A stretch of 52,938 nucleotides of DNA from Macrostomum lignano (Eukaryota), in assembly GCA_002269645.1 (NCBI GenBank), contig NIVC01004256.1, positions 1-52,938 on the forward strand, written 5' to 3'. Below, piece after piece: positions 13,884-25,400 of the stretch. The first letter of the stretch is position 1; every line of letters begins with the position of its first letter. A program made the position numbers and the translations under genes. The notes under the pieces are model-generated. The model was not told the origin of the DNA and did no database searches. It was given only the letters and a program-made list of their open reading frames with translations.

Positions 13884-14980
13884 GGCGATCGATTCTGGTC
13901 TACACGGGGAAGCGGTGAAGCGATAGTGCTTTTATGCTTAAAGCCGCGCCCTGCCACCCCAGTCAGGCTGCATCTTCCAGCTTCTTTATGCGGGCTCATT
14001 TCTTTGCAATTCAGTCCCTGCCCTTCCCAATGCCTCTCCAGCCATCCATCTATACGCGCGCGCTTTGTTGAGTACGCGCGCTTACTTGGATGGAGTACAA
14101 GCACGGCAGCTGGAGTGGATGGGAGCTTGAGCCGGTGGAGTATTAGGGAAACTCCCTGCGCGGCGGCATGCAGATCCCGCGTGGATGGCTGGGTGGATGC
14201 GTGGGGGGGCGCTACATTTTCTAGTGGGTCGCTGAGGGCAGGCAGTGCGGCGCAGATGACATAGAAACAATTGGATAAAAAGTGAGTGGTGGGGATTCTG
14301 CGTGACGTTGCATCCATATCAAACTAGAGAGGCCGGTAGGGGAGGGGGTAGGCACTGCAACGGAGGTGACAAAATTAAAAGTATTATTGATTTCTTTGTC
14401 GTGCGATATCGGTTTCAATATTTCTCACAACACAAAATGGGTTGTAATAATTTTAATAACGGCTTCTATCTTACCACAGTTAACAGAGTGAGTGCGCAAG
14501 AAAGGCTATCCTCTACTTCAGATATTGAGCTGTCGAGCTGTCCTTTCCCATTTCTCAGGCCTTAGAATGAGACTTGACTATAGTGGCTTTGCAAGCAAAC
14601 TCGCAATGCTGAATAGCCAATGAGAAATATTGAGTGCAGAAGCACTGCTACATAATTCAACAGCTCACGCTGAGCTGTCTATATGGTATAGCGTTACCCC
14701 CCTGGCAAACTCTATCATAGGCACATCCAAAGCCATTCTATCAGCTCTTTGGCTATAAAGAGCCATAAATTCTCAGTTTCCATTCTCAGTTTCCCGCCAA
14801 ATACCCCCGCCCCGTTCACAACTGTAGGCTTTAGGTTTCGTCCAGTATTGAGTTGTAACATCGATTGCATGGGGCTGAGTGGGGATTGTGGGTGTTGCAG
14901 CTGATATTGGCAATCATGGTAACATTCTTTGCGCTTGGTACCTAGCAAATAATAATGCAAATAAGGGTACTCTATATTCA

Positions 14981-15310
14981 CTCTAGTGTTAGTTGTGCAG
15001 TCAGGAACTCTAGGGTTAGTTATTCAGTCGACTCTAGGGTTAGTAATGCAGTCAGGAACTCTAGGGTTAGTTCTGCAGTCAGGGCCTCTAGGGTTAGTAA
15101 TGCAGTCAGGGACTCTAGGGTTAGTTGTGCAGTCAGGGCCTCTAGGGTTAGTAATGCAGTCAGGAACTCTAGGGTTAGTAATGCAGTCAGGAACTCTAGG
15201 GTTAGTAATGCAGTCAGGAACTCTAGGGTTAGTAATGCAGTCAAGAACTCTAGGGTTAGTAATGCAGTCAGGAACTCTAGGGTTAGTAATGCAGTCAAGG
15301 ACTCTAGGGT
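14981..15310. repeat. 27-bp minisatellite (~12 copies) containing TAGGGTTAG
   Basis: Unit ACTCTAGGGTTAGTAATGCAGTCAGGA; explains the repetitive ORFs at 14955-15378. Confidence 0.95.
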
Positions 15311-15887
15311 TCAGAATGAGGTCAGGATCAGGAGGCAAACATTGCATCTATCGTTGGGCTGAGGGGATACAGCGATGAAAAAAAACATTGGTCGAATTGT
15401 CTTCAGATGAGAGTGAAAGTTAGTAATCAAAAGTACCGATTGGAATCTTAAAAGCCTTTGAAGAGAGCGAGTGTGTGAACTTGAAGTTAAAGTAGTCAAG
15501 TGACCTTTTCTTTCGCTGATCTGCTTGTAATTCAACACCGACATCGGAAACTGGTTTGAATTTCCAAGTTAAATGAAGAACTGCTTAGAACCAGAATGAA
15601 TTCATATTTTGTTGAGTTATAAAAGGAGAAGAAAGGCGAAGAATTTTAAGGACACGTTGTCTCTCGGTAACTGTTAAAAAAATTCGTTATGAAGATTATC
15701 ACCATCAATATTTTTTTCGTGCTTATTGTCTACTCTGGATTCGGTAATTTTCTTGATTAGAAATATTTTGCTTTAGACTTCTAGATTTACAGTTTTAGAT
15801 GCATCTGCAGGTGCATCATTGAGAAGTGGACTTGGCGGACCCTGTCATGTGCCTGGCAGGTTCCAGAGACCCAAGGAGGCCAAACTA

Positions 15888-16253
15888 GGGGGGCCGTAGC
15901 CCAGCGGTAGCGCAGCTGCTCTGGTGTGCCAGCGACCCAGGCTCGATTCCAAGTGCAGTCACATTAATTTGGGGCTGAATTGGAATTTCGGCTTGGCTCT
16001 GCTCGTGCAATTAACGGCCTTGAGAGCCAACCCCCCAAGGCGCAGTGAAGTGTACATGCCTAACGATAATATAAAGTTAGGGCCGCTGTACACTCCTGTG
16101 TGAGTGTGTGCCTGCGTACGTATCCGCGCGCTTGTACGAGTATGCCTGCTCAGGGGAGTCGGCGGAATGGGCAGTAATGCCTCTCGCCGGTTGCGTGCCA
16201 ATGTCGCTTAAAGTGCGCCAGGGTGCACACAACCCCCCTGCCTCTAATAAAAA
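15888..16253 (+). mobile_element. Full-length tRNA-derived SINE (family A) with A-rich tail and 14-bp target site duplication
   Basis: A box TAGCCCAGCGG (~15897), B box GGCTCGATTCC (~15940), tail TAATAAAAAAA (~16246). Flanked by the direct repeat AAGGAGGCCAAACT at 15873-15886 and 16254-16267. Homologous partial copy at ~35803-35991 (-). Confidence 0.85.
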
Positions 16254-16424
16254 AAGGAGGCCAAACTGGAATCCGCTTTGCTGGACTCAACGGAAGACCC
16301 AGTGATGTCCTCAGAGGTCAGCCCAGAGGACCAGCAAGGCGCAATGATGATCCTTCAAGTAGGATGATTGGTGGCTTCAACGGCCTAGCCACAGCCAGGA
16401 AGACGGTAGAATCCTCGGAATTTT

Positions 16425-16930
16425 CCGGCGCAAATCAGCAATTTGCCGGCGCACGGCGCACACTTCACTGCGCCGCGCGCATGGGCTCGGCGCATCGGCG
16501 CATGGCTCGGTGCATCGGTGCATGGCTCGGCGCATGGCGCACAAGGTACGTCAGTGTACGTGACAATATAATAATGAATAATAAAAAAACGTATATTAAA
16601 TGTCAATCAATCAATAAAATAAACGATAGTCGATACGATAGTCGTTATTTCCAATGTTGTTTACTATTTCAAATTTCATTAATCGACTTAACAAACTTAA
16701 CAAATTTGCGCCTTTCGCGGCTTTTGTTGCGTCTTTTTGCTTATATTTTGCAAATAGAAGCCATGATTGAACTGCTTGAACTTCCATTGATATTGATTCA
16801 ATTTAGATACTTAATACTTGATGGTGCTTTTTTAAGTGTATTTTTCTCGGCGCATGGCCCGCACAAGTAATTTTTTTTCTCGGCGCACGCGGCGCACAAA
16901 AAAAATTTGATGGATGTTATTCCGGCGCAC
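16425..16930. repeat. Two clusters of GGCGCA motifs and a ~20-bp direct repeat flanking an AT-rich core
   Basis: CTCGGCGCATGGCGCACAAG (~16526) and CTCGGCGCATGGCCCGCACAAG (~16847); about 11 GGCGCA copies in total. Confidence 0.55.
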
Positions 16931-17095
16931 ACGCTGCACCTTCCTGACCATGGCGGCCTAGGTGGTGTGCACAGCGGTAGAAGCAGACTACACTTGAGGC
17001 CTTGAAATGAGACAGTTGACTCTTAAACATACAACTAATCAACTGTGAGCGGGGGTTATCCAAGACTACTCAAGTAGAAGGACGAGAAACTACAT

Positions 17096-17694
17096 TTCTT
17101 AGGAAATGTTAATGAGAGGCTGGTTTTCGCCGAAAAAATACACTACGGAGATGGGAACTTTTCTCACTATTTTCATATTCAAATTGTTATTGCTTTCGAT
17201 AGGAGGCAGACCCAGTGTTCATTGTTTGATATGTTTTGCCTTTTTTATAGCTCTATTGATATTCATAAAGCTTTTTGTTCAGAAAATTAGGATTCTATGT
17301 TAGTTGTTTATTCTACATACAATTGCACATGTCCTGTGCCTAAAAACCATTAAAATGAAACGGCTCAGCTCATTGGTTTTATGAGTCTATTTTTTGTGAT
17401 TCTTAGCTGACTGTGTAACAATATGTGCATTAGAGATCATGAAATAGATTCATAAAACTATATTGAGTCCAGCTGTACAATGCATTTTTATGATTTTTAG
17501 GTACGTAGAATAAAAAATAAAACACAGAATTCTAATTTTCCGAACAAAAGCTTTATGAGTATCGATAGAGCTATAAGAGAGGCAAAGCAATAAAAAATGA
17601 ACATAGGGTAATTTGAATATAAAAAAGTGAGAAAAGTTCCTATCTCCGTAGTGTGTTTTTCGGCGAAAACCAGCCTCCTTAACATTTTCTCGGA
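17096..17694. mobile_element. Foldback/MITE-like element: imperfect inverted arms ~17096-17372 and ~17465-17694
   Basis: Left arm GAAATGTTAATGAGAGGCTGGTTTTCGCCGAAAAAATACACTACGGAGAT matches the reverse complement of the right arm (GAAAATGTTAAGGAGGCTGGTTTTCGCCGAAAAACACACTACGGAGAT). ORFs 17106+ and 17497- give near-identical translations. Third arm copy at ~35563-35755. Confidence 0.75.
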
Positions 17695-18420
17695 AACTTA
17701 ATTGCCCGTAATTTCCCGGGGTTATAATTGCCATGAAATTGTTTCAGTGAAACATCTCCAGAGAATATTGCTTGTGTCGTTAGCTGGGTTAGCTAATTCT
17801 AACTGAGTAGCTTCTGAGATCTGGATGGCTGATCTAACCAAAAAAACACAAGCTTTCAAAAAACCCGTCAAAAATATTTGTAACAATTTATAAATCTGTT
17901 ACTACTTATATTAGGGCAGCTTGGGACAATTAATATTTATAATTAAATTTACTTAGGAATTGAATAGTGGATGTAAGACTATTGCTAGATAAATACATGT
18001 AAATAAATATGCATCAGTATAGAGCACACTAATAATATCCATGCATACTTAGTACTTGTACAGGCTTTGAAGCTGATTAAGAGATTAGCAAATAAGTTTC
18101 TATGCAAAACGAAAAAAACTACAACATCTATTTAAGCGACAGTTATTGCATTGTAACTGGATTAATGATTCACTGTTTAGCCTATGAAGACTAAAAATCT
18201 ACCGATATCTAAATAAGCTACTTCTAGTAGCGTAGATGTACTGAGCGATGTGAAATGATTTCCTTAAACTAATTAGAAGATATGGAAACACGAATATATC
18301 AGGGAAAATAAAATTAAACCAACAGCTCTACTACTCACAGTAATATTTTAGTATTTTTGTCAGCAAGTTGATAATCAGGCCGATCAAGTGGAGAATCTCC
18401 GTTCGCTGCAGCAACAGCCG

Positions 18421-18612
18421 CTGCCACAGAACTGCACTCGGCCATAGACAATAAAGCCAATCAAAGCCACACTGCCACAGAACTGCACTCGGCCATAGAC
18501 AATAAAGCCAATCAAAGCCACACTGCCACAGAACTGCACTCGGCCATAGACAATAAAGCCAGTGAAAGTCACTGCCACAGAGCTGCACTCGGCCATAGAC
18601 AATATCCAAGCT
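18421..18612. repeat. 51-bp minisatellite (~4 copies) carrying GGCCATAGAC
   Basis: Unit CTGCCACAGAACTGCACTCGGCCATAGACAATAAAGCCAATCAAAGCCACA starting at 18421, 18472, 18523 and 18572. Confidence 0.9.
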
Positions 18613-18702
18613 GCACTCTCCTACAGACTACAGGCTGTTAAAGGCTCTTCTCTCTGGCTAAAGTACAATCAAGTATCGCTTTTTGCAGTCAAATTACGAG
18701 TA

Positions 18703-19012
18703 TAGTCTATGGCCCAAACCAAAATAGCTAGAAGGCGCAATCAGGTTTCCAACTGAGTCAATCAATTTTCCATATGTTTAAAACCAAAAGATCTTGGCAA
18801 GTCCTACAGTGTATTTTGCTGTTAAAATGCAAACAATTTAAAAAATGGCCACTGCACCAAAACTAACCTCTTAGAAAAGCTTCTGCATTGAATGGTCTCA
18901 AGTATAGCTTGGCCATAGACAAAATTCTGCTCCTTTTCCATGGAGTCCTCTGCTCACTGGGTGTGGAAAACTGATTGCGCCTTGCAGCGATTTCGGTTTG
19001 GGCCATAGACTA
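18703..19012. mobile_element. TA-flanked MITE with ~50-bp imperfect terminal inverted repeats
   Basis: Left end TAGTCTATGGCCCAAACCAAAATAGCTAGAAGGCGCAATCAGGTTTCCA; right end reverse complement TAGTCTATGGCCCAAACCGAAATCGCTGCAAGGCGCAATCAGTTTTCCA. TA at 18703-04 and 19011-12 fits a TA target duplication. No coding capacity. Confidence 0.8.
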
Positions 19013-19422
19013 CTTTTGACTATGCGAAGCCACAAAGTCTCCGCGTCCTCTTTTGAAAGCCCCGAGTGGAAAATTGACTGTAAAAAGCGATATTGAGAAT
19101 CTCAAACCAAAGATTCTGGTCATAGTCCTGAATTTTTACTGGAATTATTCACTTGATTGACTAATAGGCTTAGAGATCAACTTCACTGACAACAACAATG
19201 GTAAGGGAAAAATGTGGATTAAACAAAAAATCGAAGCAAAAAAGCATAAAACTAATTACTGCAGCGTTATCAGAACTCAGCTATTTTCAGTGTTGTACAG
19301 AAAATCTTAACAAATCTAAATCATACTTTAGTTTTTTCATAGCATACTATTACAGTTGTACTAAATTCGTAACTATAATGATAATTTTAATAATGTTGAT
19401 TATAATTTTCATGCATCATAGT

Positions 19423-22400
19423 TTAATAGCCTTGATGTCGTTGCGTCACAGCAGTCGGCGGCGGCGGCGGCTGATGGTGCAGACCAGAGTTGGCGGCGGG
19501 CCGAACATCAAAGGGGGCACCACTGGTAGTTTTGCTATCAACCGCCCAGCCCTCTCCGTTGGCCCAGCCAGTCGCGGTAGCATCATTGGTGGCGGTCTCG
19601 GCCGCGGCTGTGTAGCCCATGTAGTCCTTGGTCTCGCCGACAATCTCTATGTACTCTTCTGGGACAAAGGTGCCAATCCTGTACCGCCATATGGCAGGAA
19701 TGCCGCCGAACACCAGCACCTGAGCTAGGTACAGGCCGCCGCAAACGAACCACACATCGTCGTAGCTGTGTCGAATGTCGAATATCACGCCTGCATGCAG
19801 TGTTTGGTGTGCGAATGCGATGGCTGACTCTTAACTTGAAGAAAATGCTCTAGTTTGTTCTCTGTCTGACTTACCCCTTTCACTGCGCCACCTCCCCGCC
19901 CCACCTAACTCCCTGCTTCTCCTCACTCCCTGCCCCTCCTCACTCCCTGCCCCTCCTCACTCCCTGCCCCTCCTCACTCCCTGCCCCTCCTCACTCCCTG
20001 CCCCTCCTCACTCCCTGCCCCTCCTCACTCCCTGCCCCTCCTCACTCCCTGCCCCTCCTCACTCCCTGCCCCTCCTCACTCCCTGCCCCTCCTCACTCCC
20101 TGCCCCTCCTCACTCCCTGCCCCTATTCACTCCCTGCCCCTCCTCACTCCCTGCCCCTCCTCACTCCCTGCCCCTCCTCACTCCCTGCCCCTCCTCACTC
20201 CCTGCCCCTCCTCACTCCCTGCCCCTCCTCACTCCCTGCCCCTCCTCACTCCCTGCCCCTCCTCACTCCCTGCCCCTCCTCACTCCCTGCCCCTCCTCAC
20301 TCCCTGCCCCTCCTCACTCCCTGCCCCTCCTCACTCCCTGCCCCTCCTCACTCCCTGCCCCTCCTCACTCCCTGCCCCTCCTCACTCCCTGCCCCTCCTC
20401 ACTCCCTGCCCCTCCTCACTCCCTGCCCCTCCTCACTCCCTGCCCCTCCTCACTCCCTGCCCCTCCTCACTCCCTGCCCCTCCTCACTCCCTGCCCCTCC
20501 TCACTCCCTGCCCCTCCTCACTCCCTGCCCCTCCTCACTCCCTGCCCGTACGAGTACAACTCAATTCTAAGAAGTCCAAGCGAGCAAATGCGCAGCATAT
20601 ATGTAGTCTGGCGAAAGCATGCACAGCTCACCAGAGAACAGCGGACCAACAAGAACGCCCATGCCAGACCAGAGGTTGGTAGCGGACCAGGCCACATCGA
20701 TAGGCAGCTTGGTGACTTCGCCAGAGGCCGCGTACTGATAAACGATTGTAAGGCCCAGCAAGCCACCCAGAACTGCAATGGAAAATTTCAAATCATTGTT
20801 GACCTTGAGCTTGCATTGTGATCCATAATGTAACGCGCCTCTAACTATCGCACTATGGTTCCTGGTTCGATTCTGTTCGTGACTAAATTCATGTTGAAAA
20901 GTTTTCGTTCGATTCAAACGCATGAGGATCAACCTCTCCATGCAGGTACAGAGAGGTGTACATCCCTGACGAATAGATATTTAGGATCGCTGTACCCCTT
21001 GTGTGATCGCGTGTGTATGAGCGCGTAGTCTCAGCGGAATGAGCAGTTTTAGTGCGCGTTGAATTTCACCAGTGCAGCCAGTGCTCAAAGCCTACTAACA
21101 ACGATTTGCGACTATTAAGCACGGCTTCGGTTAAATTATGATTCAGAAAGACTTGCCCTGAAAAATGAACCTGTGCAGTCTATATCGAAGATGTAATACT
21201 AAGAGAGCGGTATAAATATGCGGATATTTGGGTGGCCGAGAATGCATAAAAACCAAAGCTCCATTTTTTATATTTCGCTTTCGTCTCGCATATTTTATGG
21301 ACAAAACCGCGAGCAACCACAGTCGGTTTTGGGTGCAAATGATCGAGGCGAGGAGGCTGAAAAATATGGGTAAATCTCGAACAAATTTTCAGCCTCATCT
21401 GCGCCCGCCATCTTTGCACAGGAGGCTGGAGACTTAATTATTCGGCTTAGAACAGCTGTGCAGAGAATTCGTTCGCGGTGAAAGCGATAAGGGAAATATG
21501 GAGGGATTATATTTGAAGGCTTGGGACACCGGAGTGAAAAATGGGGCCACCAAGCCGCACCAGACAGCTCGAGTTGGTGCCGATCATTAATCTGGAATTC
21601 GATTTTCTCATCTTGATAGAGATGTTGTGTCCTGCCCTGCTTTCGGTTGCTTTCACTTTGTTGAGTACCAAGGTTTTATCCTCGAAAACGCAAGATAAGA
21701 TGACTAAGAAGGTCAATTGTCAAAGTGTCTGAAGCTGCTGAACTTTAGATTTTTAAGCAGTCTCACAAACTTCATGCATGCGATTGCATAGTGACGAGTT
21801 TTAAATTTGTTCCATCATTGGTTGAGTTCGGTAAATTGAGTTGGCTTCTTGCGGCGTCATTGATATTCAGCATAAGATATTTAAACAATAGAGTGAGCTC
21901 ATCGTTTCTAGGAAAAAAGTATCGAAACTTTTCGTTTATTGTCAACTAAAAAAATAAAACAAATTTGTTTATTTACTTATTCATTGCGTTTTGTGGACTT
22001 TTGCAAGGTTTATTTACTCCTCAAATTAATGAGTTCTCGTTAAAAAAATTATATAATGGGGTATTTATTGCAACTAAAAATAATTTAATAGACAAAACTT
22101 GCATCTTAGTTTTTGTTGAAACTTGCTAAAATGTTTAAACGCTTTAATGCCGTACAGCGCGGACATTTGGAATCAGAAAAGATGTAAAAATTTCATTCTA
22201 ACTGAAGTTCAATTCTATATACTTCTCAAATTTTCACAGTAATTTTAAGCAGAACACTTGACAAGTGAAGGGAGGAATTTTCCGGTGTTAATAGGGCAGC
22301 GAACTACGTGCGTATTTTCTTGGAAATGCATGTATTGTGCTGATCAATAATTAAGTTTTGCCGTCTTATTATTCGGTGCCAATTTTTGTAAACCAACGCG

Positions 22401-25400
22401 CCGAATCCTGTACGTCAAGATTGAGAACTTACGCCGAACTCACTCACTAGGATCGAAAATAAACTGCACAAAAAGTCTGAAAAATTACTCACTTGCACAC
22501 GACAGCAAGATTGAATCGAACGAGTTGTCAACAAATGGCCACAGAAAGCATATAGTGGACAGACCAATTGCCGAAATCAGATTAATAATGATCAATCGGC
22601 CTTTGAAATGATCGCCAACCACCGATGCGAGAATGTAGGTGACGCACTCGGCCAGAGAGAGGATGGTGACCGCCCACTTCGACTGCGAGAGTGCGATGTT
22701 CTTGCGCTTCATGTAGTAGGCCTGGGAGTTTATAAATAATCAATATCAGTGCACGAAATCCTAAAAATGGTGTTTACATTGTTGGCACTTTGACAGGCAA
22801 GATTGAAGTCGCCAGATAGTAGAGTTTGATTGTAGGCATTCTACATTGAATGCTTATCAGCTCTATAAAAACTTGTCAAGAAATTTTCAAAAAGTGAACA
22901 GATTTTTTGGTTATATTCTGTCTTTAGATAGGCTCGTATTGGCATTCAAACGAATCGTCGTCCTTTAGTGTCGCGTTCAAATCATGTCACAAAAAAACAG
23001 CCGAACACTCACCAAGTTGACGAACGGCATGTAAAACCCGATGAAGGACATCATGTTGCCAAGCAGCCACAGGCCAATCTCTGGTCGAACCATGCACTGC
23101 TTAGGATTGCAACAGGAGCCCATGCGCCGTTTGAAATCCCCATAGTCTATGGGATCGTTGGTGTCCGTCTCCAGTCGGGAGAGAAACGGCAGACAGCAGG
23201 GCAGGCCGACGATCAAGATTAGACAGCCGGTGACGCGAAAGGCCACTTCGACGCCGTAAAAATCTACGAGCCACCCGTTGATGGGGTTGAAGAGCAGACT
23301 TCCTGCGGTTCGGGTGTAGGCTCTAGCGAGTTATAAGGATCGGAGCGGTTCTCAGTGCCTTCACTGAGTAAACGGTGCCTAAAACATGCAGGCACTGCTC
23401 AATGTGGTGATGACACTCTATACCAGACACTGCTCAATGTGGTGATGACTCTCTATACCAGACACTGCTCAATGTGGTGATGACACTCTATACCAAACAC
23501 TGCTCAATGTGGTGATGACTCTCTATACCAGACACTTCTCAATGTGGTGATGACTCTCTATACCAGACACTGCTCAATGTGGTGATGACACTCTATACCA
23601 AACACTGCTCAATGTGGTGATGACTCTCTATACCAGACACTTCTCAATGTGGTGATGACTCTCTATAGCAGACACTGCTCAATGTGGTGATGTTTATCTA
23701 CCCCAGGGTTATACCAGGAATTATGGTATACCATAATTCAGTATCCACCACCTAGGAGGAAACTGTAGGACTTTATTCATCGGTACAATCTGATAACCGG
23801 TAAAACCCAGACGCTGGGTTGTAAATTTTAATTTTCTATATCTGATTAGCATGAATTATGGCTCCTGCAATCCAATCCTCTTTCGATCCCGAGCATGTCT
23901 CTCTCGCCCGAATGTCTCAGATCAGAGAATCCTTCCTGTAATCCCTCAAGCTCGGTTCCGCGAAATCTCCATACAGATTGATTGAGCACAATCGAGACCG
24001 CCATCATAATCTGTTTTAGGGCGCATCCCGCCTCCCGTGACCTGCGGCATCTCCCGAGTCGCTGTCACCAGGAAATCTCCGATGACTTGGCTGCACTTAG
24101 AGACGCACTTAGCTGGCACAGTAATTATCTTCCTGCAGCGGTGGGTCAACTGCCAAATAAGATAAAATCTGCTCACTCGTTACTTAATCCATTTCCCCTG
24201 GTAAACTTTCTTAAAACTTCCTCGACTTCCGAACCAGCAATTCCATCCATTTTGAGTTGCCAACGAAACAGAATGAAAACTGCCTCCCATACCATAAAGA
24301 TCATCAAGCTCCAGATTTTTCAGGCCAAAAAAACAAGCGAAGGTCGTTGCTGGTCGCTAATGAATTAGTCCATATAGATGCTAATGGAGAGCGGCGGTGC
24401 AAATAGAGCAGGCGGGTCAGGAGGGCCACTGCCCAGCTGCTGAATAATTTACATCAACATCGACACATCATCAATCCAGCGCGGAGGTGTCAAGAGTGAC
24501 TGGCGGAGACTGTGGTCGACACTCAGATACAAAAGATGACATTAAACAAGCATAAATATGCTTCAAGGCCATTTGATGAGTCTGCGTGGGACGCCTCTAT
24601 TAAAGAAACGCTGATCATTCCCTGCTCTTGTTTTCTTTGGCCTCCCGTCATTAAAGCATATTAATAGACAGAACTCTAATGCGATCTTTAAGGGCTTCTT
24701 AGATGGATGATTGAAATTTTCCTACCGCGCTCGATGGAATGAGAATTTTGTCATTTCATTAATTAAATTATCATTTGGTGCGTTTTCTGCACCATGGGCG
24801 CTAGCACCAGGGGCTTTAGCACCAAGGGGCTTTAGCTCTAGGAGCTTTAGCACCAAGGGGCTTTAGCACCAGGGGCTTTAGCACCAGGGCCTTTAGTACC
24901 AAGGGGCTTTAGTACCAGTGGCTTTAGCACCAGGGGCTTTAGCACCAGGGGCTTTGGTTCTAGGAGCTTTAGCACCAGGAGCTTTAGCACCAGGAGCTTT
25001 AGCACCAAAGGGCTTTAGCACCAGGGGCTTTAGCACCAGGAGCTTTATCACCAGGGGCTTTAGCACCAGGAGCTTTAACACCAGGGATGCCACCACCAGT
25101 ATTTATTGCAGTTATACTTATTCACATGGCCATCGCAATACCCGGCATGCAAGACAAGGCACCAGTGGCAGCTCTTGTTCTCTAAGGCATCTGCATAACA
25201 TACTAAGTAGTTTATTCCCCTAGCAACAGGTTCATGAATTTATGCATACACAATCCAACTGACTGAAACAGCGGGACTTCGATCTTACTGTCTAAACGCT
25301 CGAGCGGAATGAAATTGAGTTCCCGTGTCGCATTATTCTCAGTCTAAATCAACGAACCGAATCAATGTTTGCAATGATTCATAGTTTTACTAACAGAATA

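Noticed and set aside
12951-14317. Overlapping ORFs (13533+ 243 aa, 13838-, 13015+, etc.)
   Set aside because: Antisense or alternative-frame shadows of the GC-rich GPCR CDS with no recognisable motifs.
14955-15378. Repetitive ORFs (AVRNSRVSN, LVMQSGTLG, TALLTLEFL, CITNPRVPD)
   Set aside because: Translations of the 27-bp minisatellite in several frames; no splice or start context.
15888-15962. Possible tRNA gene
   Set aside because: The acceptor stem does not pair and the sequence continues into a repeated body with an A tail and TSD; it is a SINE head.
21440-21900. Complex-looking intronic DNA with short ORFs
   Set aside because: No recognisable domain in the frames I translated, and not needed for the MCT model.
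23880-24780. Possible decayed transposase (a FMVWEAV segment on the - strand recalls Tc1 VMVW)
   Set aside because: No DDE/D motifs or WPxxSPDLNPIE-like motif and many stops; not supportable without a TBLASTX/HMM search.
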